A stretch of 37,087 nucleotides of DNA from Pseudomonadota bacterium (GTDB lineage Bacteria; Pseudomonadota; Alphaproteobacteria; Rhodobacterales; Rhodobacteraceae): assembly GCA_039199465.1 (NCBI GenBank), contig JBCCSW010000001.1, forward strand, positions 1-37,087. Direction: 5' to 3'. Shown piece by piece: positions 32,305-37,087 of this stretch (position 1 is its first letter; the number at the start of each line of letters is the position of its first letter). The notes under the pieces were generated by a model. It was not told the DNA's origin. It was given only the letters and a program-made list of their open reading frames with translations, and searched no databases. Position numbers and translations under genes: made by a program.

Positions 32305-32627
32305 GTCTCGCCGAAGCTCCGCGCCAGCAGGGCCAATCCCGCCCTCAGTGCGCCAGCGGCACCGCCCTCGATCTCGGCGGCCAGCACGGCAGCCTCATCG
32401 ACGTCCTCACCAGCACCCTGCAGACCCGCCGCCAAGAGCGCCGCCACGTCGGCAGCGCCGACGCCGCCGCATTCGAACCGCTCGGCCAGGGCCACGAGGC
32501 CGCCTGCATCGAGCCTGGCCTCCAGCGAGGCGAGCGCGCCCAGCGTCAGACGCAGCCGACGCTCCACCCCGTCGATGGTCAGCGAAACCTCGCCGCGCAC
32601 CGGGTTTGCTTTCAGCCACCCCGCCAT
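32301..32627 (-). CDS. GTA g10 (GTA-gp10 family), probable tail assembly chaperone
   Basis: ANP.RGEV, LTLGALA.LE, L.ERFE.G and LL.AGL.G motifs. Confidence 0.92.
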   Translation of the reverse strand: MAGWLKANPVRGEVSLTIDGVERRLRLTLGALASLEARLDAGGLVALAERFECGGVGAADVAALLAAGLQGAGEDVDEAAVLAAEIEGGAAGALRAGLALLARSFGET

Positions 32628-32631
32628 GGCG

Positions 32632-33045
32632 TCAGGCGGCCGCGAAGCTCAGCAGGCCCGCCGAGGCCATCGCCACCTCGAAGGTCGCCTCGCCGTCATG
32701 GGTGCCGGCGTATTCGAGACCGGTGATCTGGAACGGCCCGGTCAGCGTGCCGAAATCCGGGATCGTGAACTCGAATTGGGGGGAACGGGCATCGAAGAAG
32801 ACGGTGCGCAGCGCCAGATCCGACGCCTCGTCCTTGAAGATGCCCGAGCCCGACAGCTGTGCCGAGCGGGGCGCCGCAGCGGCCAGCAGTTCGCGCCACT
32901 GCCCGGCGCTCTCGGCCGTCGTGACATCGACGGTCTCGCTGTTGAACGCCAGGCGCGTAGCCCTCAGCCCCGCGACCGTGACGAAGCTGCCGGTGCCAGC
33001 CTCGTCCAGCTTGATCAGCATGTCCTTCCCGCGCTGTGCGGCCAT
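32632..33045 (-). CDS. GTA g9 major tail tube protein (TP901-1 type)
   Basis: MAAQRGKD.L.K, AGLRA, WRELL, GSGIF.D, PDFG...GPF.I..LEY.G. Confidence 0.95.
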   Translation of the reverse strand: MAAQRGKDMLIKLDEAGTGSFVTVAGLRATRLAFNSETVDVTTAESAGQWRELLAAAAPRSAQLSGSGIFKDEASDLALRTVFFDARSPQFEFTIPDFGTLTGPFQITGLEYAGTHDGEATFEVAMASAGLLSFAAA

Positions 33046-33108
33046 TGCCCCTCTCCTCGATCACTGATTTCCGGTCGACCGCGTCGCCGGATGGTTCCAC
33101 CCGCCCGC

Positions 33109-33534
33109 TCAGGCGTCGTCTTCGACCAGCACGCGGAAGCGCAGATCGATGCGCCGCAGCCGGTCGCGCTCCTCGCGTCGTGTCCGCGCGCTCAGGAAGC
33201 TCGCCACCACCACCCGCCCGCGGCTCAACACCGGCGAGGTTCTGATGACGGCGTCCGAGATCGCGCCCGCCAGGCGCTTGGCCTCGGCAAAGCTTCGCTC
33301 GCTGGCAAAGACCGAGACGCCCAGCGTATGGGCCGCGCCCGCGCCGTCCGCGCTCGACCAATCCTGCACGCTCTCGTCGCCGATCACCGCATAGGCGGGC
33401 TCGGCACTCGCATCCTCGGGCAGCGGCGGCGGCGCGTCGAAGATCCGCCCATCGGCAACCGCCATGACAGCCGGATCGGTCGAGATCTGCGCGAACATCG
33501 CCTGCTGCAGCGGCCAGGCCAGGGCATAGGTCAT
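33109..33534 (-). CDS. GTA g8 tail terminator (DUF3168)
   Basis: LQ.A....L/I, IFDAPP, GF/SF..AK and RRIDLRFR motifs; ATG overlaps the g7 stop. Confidence 0.9.
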   Translation of the reverse strand: MTYALAWPLQQAMFAQISTDPAVMAVADGRIFDAPPPLPEDASAEPAYAVIGDESVQDWSSADGAGAAHTLGVSVFASERSFAEAKRLAGAISDAVIRTSPVLSRGRVVVASFLSARTRREERDRLRRIDLRFRVLVEDDA

Positions 33535-33866
33535 GACAGCGGCCCCTCGATTACCCACAGGTTCAGAAACGCGCCCTGGTCGTCATCCTCAGTCACTGCC
33601 AGGATGTCGAAGATCCGCGCACCGAGGCGCAGACGCTGGTCCGCCTCGGGCCGTCTCGGCGAGCCGACGGGCGCGCCGCGCACGCGCACGCGATGGGTAA
33701 TGCGGCTGGCCGCCCGCCCGCCGATCAGCGCCTCCCGACCGCTGCCCTTTCGGATCTCCGCCCAAAGCGTGCCTTTCGAGGCCCAGCTCACAGTCTGTCC
33801 CCCGCCGCCATCCGGGGTCGCGGTCTTCTCCTCCAGCGCCACGCGCCGGGTCAGTCTGGGTGTCAT
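33531..33866 (-). CDS. GTA g7 head-tail adaptor / head closure (stopper)
   Basis: L.R...LE, DG.GG...W...GTLWA, G.P.RP...QR and R.F.I.AV motifs. Confidence 0.9.
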   Translation of the reverse strand: MTPRLTRRVALEEKTATPDGGGGQTVSWASKGTLWAEIRKGSGREALIGGRAASRITHRVRVRGAPVGSPRRPEADQRLRLGARIFDILAVTEDDDQGAFLNLWVIEGPLS

Positions 33867-33888
33867 CGCCCGCTCTCCGCGCCCTTGT

Positions 33889-34473
33889 TCATACTCTGAG
33901 CGGCCGCCAGGCGTCGGTCAGGCTGGTGAAGGCAGCCGGCAGGTCGGTCGTCAGGCTCTTCGCGCCTTCGGTGCCGCGCCTGCTGTAGAAATCGGCGGCC
34001 AGTATCAGCACCGCCTGGGCCAGATCGCCGGGCACGCCCGTCCAGTCCGCGCCCAAACCCGCCGTCAACACGATCTCCAGCCGCGCGCCTGCCGCAGGTA
34101 CGGGCAACGCGCCGCCAACCGCCCCGATGCGCTGACCCGTCTCACCGGGGGTCACGCGCCAACCGGCAACATCCAGCGCCGTCGTCGCGCTGCCGTCTCG
34201 GATCACGGCGCTGACGATGCCGCTGACCGGCCCGATCGGCACCGCGACGCAGCCATCCGCATCCGGGCCGCTCACCACCAGCACGAAGTCCCGCGCCACC
34301 AGCGCCCGCGCCGTCCGCCGCTCGACCGCCATAACCGCGGCCGACAGATACTCCTGGATCAGCCCGTCCTCGGATCCGTCATCCGTGAAGCCGAAGCCGA
34401 GCCGCAGATGCTCCTTGAAAGCCGGCAACGGCGGCGTCGGAACCGGGCCCGGGCCCGCCTCTGTCAGGCGCAT
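33889..34473 (-). CDS. GTA g6 head-tail connector (adaptor)
   Basis: FKEHLRLG.GF, A...VE.RT.RAL, AG.G..W..VP.DL.QAV..LAA motifs; GAGGAG RBS. Confidence 0.9.
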   Translation of the reverse strand: MRLTEAGPGPVPTPPLPAFKEHLRLGFGFTDDGSEDGLIQEYLSAAVMAVERRTARALVARDFVLVVSGPDADGCVAVPIGPVSGIVSAVIRDGSATTALDVAGWRVTPGETGQRIGAVGGALPVPAAGARLEIVLTAGLGADWTGVPGDLAQAVLILAADFYSRRGTEGAKSLTTDLPAAFTSLTDAWRPLRV

Positions 34474-34511
34474 AGCGCGCACTCCTCAGATTGTGCTTTC
34501 GGACGGGAAGA

Positions 34512-34541
34512 CGGCCGGCACCGTCTCGGCAGCGCCGGCCG
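34512..34541 (-). terminator. Hairpin after the major capsid gene; probable partial terminator or mRNA stabiliser
   Basis: Minus strand reads CGGCCGGCGCTG-CCGAGA-CGGTGCCGGCCG (12-bp stem with two G-U pairs) followed by TCTTCCC, 16 nt after the capsid stop. Confidence 0.6.
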
Positions 34542-34557
34542 CAGGCTCCACGCTGGA

Positions 34558-35775
34558 TCAGGCGCTGAACTTCAGCAGCTTGATCGCGCCATAGTCGGTG
34601 ACGTCGCCGCCGACCCGCTTGGTCGCGTAGAACATCACGTTCGGCTTGGCCGAGAACGGATCGCGCAGCATGCGGATCTCGGGCCGCTCCGCGATCGTGT
34701 AGCCGTGCTCGAAATTGCCGAAGGCGATCGAGACGCTGTCGGTCCCGATGTCGGGCATGTCCTCGACGACCACGACCGGATAGCCCAGCAGGCGCGCCGG
34801 CGCCTCGTCCGAGATCCCCTCAACCCAGAGGAACCGCCCCTGGTTGTCCTTCATCTTGCGCACCTCGCCCGCGGTGCGCGAGCTCATCACGAAGGACGCG
34901 CCGTCGCGGTATTCGGCACCCAGCGCATAGACCAGGTCCACCAGCACATCGCCCGGATCGTTCAGGTCGAAACCGCCGGGCACGCCAGTGGTCAGGTAGC
35001 CGAGCGTACCCCAGGCATGGGCGGCATCCGGCAGCTGCGGCTTGGTCAGGAATCCGACCGGCTTGCCAACGCCGTCACCCGACACGAAGGCCGCGGCCTC
35101 GGCCCTGCGGAAACGGTCCGCGATCCGGTCGGCCAGCCAGGCCTCGACATCGAAGGCGCTGTCGTCCAGCAGGCGGTGGCTCGCCTGCGGATTGGCCGAG
35201 AGCTCGTGCAGCAGGATCGAGATCCGCTCCACCGTCGGCGGGGTCGTCTCGGTCGCAACCGTCGTCTCGTCGGCCCAGTTGGCGAGCAGATCGGCATTGT
35301 CGATCAGCACGTCATAGCTGCCGGCCTCGACCTGCACGCCGCGGGCCACCGTGCGCAGGCTACCGCCACCGCGCAGGCGCCGCTCGATCTGCGCCGCCAC
35401 CTGCGGGTCGACCAGAAAGCCGCCCTGCGGGTTGCTGCCGGTATTCAGGCCCTTCTGCTCCAGCGCGAGGCTGCGCATGCCCTCTTCGTCACCGGCACGG
35501 ACGAAGGCGCTGAACGCCTTCTGCGCCGGCAGCGCCGTGTCGGCCGCCCGCGACAGGGCCGGGCGCGAGCCCGCGACCGCCTTGGCATCAAGCGCATCGA
35601 CGCGGGCACTGATAGTGCCCAGCTGCGCACTCATCTCCGACTTGAACCCCTCGAAACCGTCCAGGAAGGCCGACATTGCCGCCTTGCCCTCGTCGATCGT
35701 CGCATCGCCCGTCTCGAAGGCGATGCTCTCCGCCGACCCCAGGTCGGCCACCGTCTCGTCGATCCTCTCGCTCAT
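34558..35775 (-). CDS. GTA g5 major capsid protein (HK97 fold)
   Basis: GGFLV.P, ELSA.P.AS.RLLDDSAFDVE.WLA, F..GDG..KP.GFL, RDPFS.KP.V.FYATKRVGG, AIKLLKF. Confidence 0.97.
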   Translation of the reverse strand: MSERIDETVADLGSAESIAFETGDATIDEGKAAMSAFLDGFEGFKSEMSAQLGTISARVDALDAKAVAGSRPALSRAADTALPAQKAFSAFVRAGDEEGMRSLALEQKGLNTGSNPQGGFLVDPQVAAQIERRLRGGGSLRTVARGVQVEAGSYDVLIDNADLLANWADETTVATETTPPTVERISILLHELSANPQASHRLLDDSAFDVEAWLADRIADRFRRAEAAAFVSGDGVGKPVGFLTKPQLPDAAHAWGTLGYLTTGVPGGFDLNDPGDVLVDLVYALGAEYRDGASFVMSSRTAGEVRKMKDNQGRFLWVEGISDEAPARLLGYPVVVVEDMPDIGTDSVSIAFGNFEHGYTIAERPEIRMLRDPFSAKPNVMFYATKRVGGDVTDYGAIKLLKFSA

Positions 35776-36371
35776 CGCTCGTCCCGCTTGCTGTGGTCGG
35801 AATGGCTCCCGTTGCCCCGGCTTTCGGCCGCGTGCGGGCTCGGGCGCGTGCAGGCGCGGGCTTTCACTGCCCGTGCCAGGGTGCTGGCCAGCCGAAGCCG
35901 GCCGCTCTCACCGGGCGCACCAAGGCTGGCCCGCGCGGTGGGAAGCATCGGGAAGGTCACCAGCGACACTTCCCATAAGTCGATTTCCAGAAGGCGCCGG
36001 CCGACCCGGCGGCCCGCGACGACGCGCGGCTCGGCGCGGATCACGCGATAGCCGATCGAAAGCCCGTCCAGCCCCCCGGCCGCCATCAGCGCCGCCGCCT
36101 CGCGTGCCGCTTGCACGCCGGCGAGCAGACGACCTTCGACGCGCAGGCCGACACGGTCCTCGACCGCGCGGTGCCAGACGCCGATCGGCCGCGCCGGATC
36201 GTGCTGCCACAAAAAGGCGAGCCGTCCGCCCCGATCCCGTAGCCGCTCCAGCGCCCGCCGGAACGCACCGGCCACGACCACGTCGCCGCCGCGGTCGGCC
36301 TCGCCGAAGCGCGAGGCATAACCCCGCACCAGCCCCGGCACCGTCGCCGCCATCTCCCCCAGCTCAGCCAT
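35772..36371 (-). CDS. GTA g4 HK97-family prohead protease
   Basis: GYAS.F...D.GGD.V..GAF, LWQHD (His), DGLSIGY (Ser) and LWEVSLVTFPML motifs. Confidence 0.94.
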   Translation of the reverse strand: MAELGEMAATVPGLVRGYASRFGEADRGGDVVVAGAFRRALERLRDRGGRLAFLWQHDPARPIGVWHRAVEDRVGLRVEGRLLAGVQAAREAAALMAAGGLDGLSIGYRVIRAEPRVVAGRRVGRRLLEIDLWEVSLVTFPMLPTARASLGAPGESGRLRLASTLARAVKARACTRPSPHAAESRGNGSHSDHSKRDER

Positions 36372-37087
36372 CGGCGTCGTCCGCGCTGACCGCCGGCAAG
36401 CCCAGCAGGCGCCGCTTCTCGGCCATGCTCAGGAAGTCCGCCTCGCCGACACGCCGCCACAGCGCCTCGCGCTCGGCCGACAGCGCCGGAACGCGATCCA
36501 GTTCGGGCTGCAGCGTCACCGGCGCCTGCCCGTGCCCCGACAGCCAGGCCGACAGGGCCGTTGCGACCTTCATCACCGCCGGCAGCACCGTCAGGCGATA
36601 GAAGGCCCGGTTGGCCTCCTGATAGTTCGCATAGGTGTTGTCGCCGGGCAGGCCCAGCAGCATCGGCGGCACGCCGATCGCCAACGCAATCTCCCGTGCC
36701 GCGGCGTGCTTGGTCTCCAGGAAGTCCATGTCCTTGGGGCTGTGGCTCATCGGCTTCCAGTCGAGCCCGCCCTCCAACAGCATCGGCCGCCCGGCGTTCG
36801 AGACGCCCTGATGATTGCTCTCCAGTTCCGCCTGCAGGCGGCGGAACTGCTCCTCGCTCATCTGCCGGCCATCCTTGGCGCCGAACACGATCGCGCCCGA
36901 GGGACGCGCCGCGTTGTCCAGCAGCGCCTTCGCCCAACGCCCGGCGGCGTTGTGCACGTCGACCGCCGCCATCGCCGCCGACATCGGCCCCATGCCGTAG
37001 TGATCGTCGGTCGGATGGAAGGCGCGCAGATGCAGTACCGGCCGGCCCGGCCCGTCATTGCCGAAACGGTGCTTCCGCCCGCCGACG
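36364..37087 (-). CDS. GTA g3 portal protein, C-terminal part (continues beyond the window)
   Basis: The frame stays open to the window edge (VLHLRAFHPTDDHYG..); LLDNAARPSGA, LLEGGLDWK and GVPPMLLG.PGDNTYANY.EAN motifs. Confidence 0.96.
   Translation of the reverse strand, partial: VGGRKHRFGNDGPGRPVLHLRAFHPTDDHYGMGPMSAAMAAVDVHNAAGRWAKALLDNAARPSGAIVFGAKDGRQMSEEQFRRLQAELESNHQGVSNAGRPMLLEGGLDWKPMSHSPKDMDFLETKHAAAREIALAIGVPPMLLGLPGDNTYANYQEANRAFYRLTVLPAVMKVATALSAWLSGHGQAPVTLQPELDRVPALSAEREALWRRVGEADFLSMAEKRRLLGLPAVSADDADG

Larger units (their letters stand above)
24765..37087 (-). mobile_element. RcGTA-like gene transfer agent head-tail gene cluster (5' part, including terminase, lies outside the window)
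   Basis: Order is portal, protease, capsid, adaptor, stopper, tail terminator, tail tube, gp10, gp10.1, short tape measure, DUF2460, DUF2163, NlpC/P60, g15, then cysE, matching the R. capsulatus GTA layout; no integrase, replication or lysis genes in the visible part. Confidence 0.95.

Noticed and set aside
32295-32330. Lambda G/GT-type programmed frameshift between g10 and g10.1
   Set aside because: No X-XXY-YYZ slippery heptamer precedes the g10 stop (AGC TTC GGC GAG ACG TGA); the GTGA overlap is explained by translational coupling.
32089-36051. 1320-aa plus-strand ORF antisense to eight GTA genes
   Set aside because: It is in exact codon register with five of those genes (g10.1, g9, g8, g6, g5), where rare TTA/CTA/TCA sense codons leave the antisense frame stop-free. 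The product is Arg/Ala/Pro-rich with no motifs, so it is a high-GC shadow ORF.
24765-37087. Interpretation as a temperate prophage
   Set aside because: No att site, integrase, lysis or replication genes at the visible end; gene set, short tape measure and cysE adjacency fit an RcGTA-like element. The 5' end is not visible.

Overview
High-GC alphaproteobacterial chromosome segment, most consistent with Rhodobacterales (inferred from gene content and order, not from a search). The left 24.7 kb is housekeeping DNA: the end of eno, an orphan membrane protein, ftsB, pdhA-pdhB-pdhC, a secreted EF-hand protein, alaS, recA with an alphaproteobacterial LexA box, the hybrid kinase cckA, an RsmB-family methyltransferase, an AhpD/CMD protein, guaB, an agmatinase-family ureohydrolase, a DUF900-like hydrolase, rlmE, ppx/gppA and cysE. 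It also holds a folate/methyl module: a canonical metF divergent from a small 'virulence factor'-family gene, a second MTHFR and a stand-alone pterin-binding methyltransferase. The right 12.3 kb (24765-37087, minus strand) is an apparently intact RcGTA-like gene transfer agent head-tail cluster, running from the portal (cut by the window edge) to the g15 baseplate protein. Points worth follow-up: a DUF2793 tail-fibre gene coupled to the end of the GTA operon; no g3.5-like gene between portal and protease; no visible terminator between the GTA operon, cysE and the convergent folate operon; the two-MTHFR module; a recA promoter region with overlapping SOS, palindromic and CtrA-like elements; and a 480-bp alaS-recA spacer rich in inverted repeats. 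I cannot demonstrate a wholly new system from sequence alone. All family assignments are by motif recognition, without database searches.
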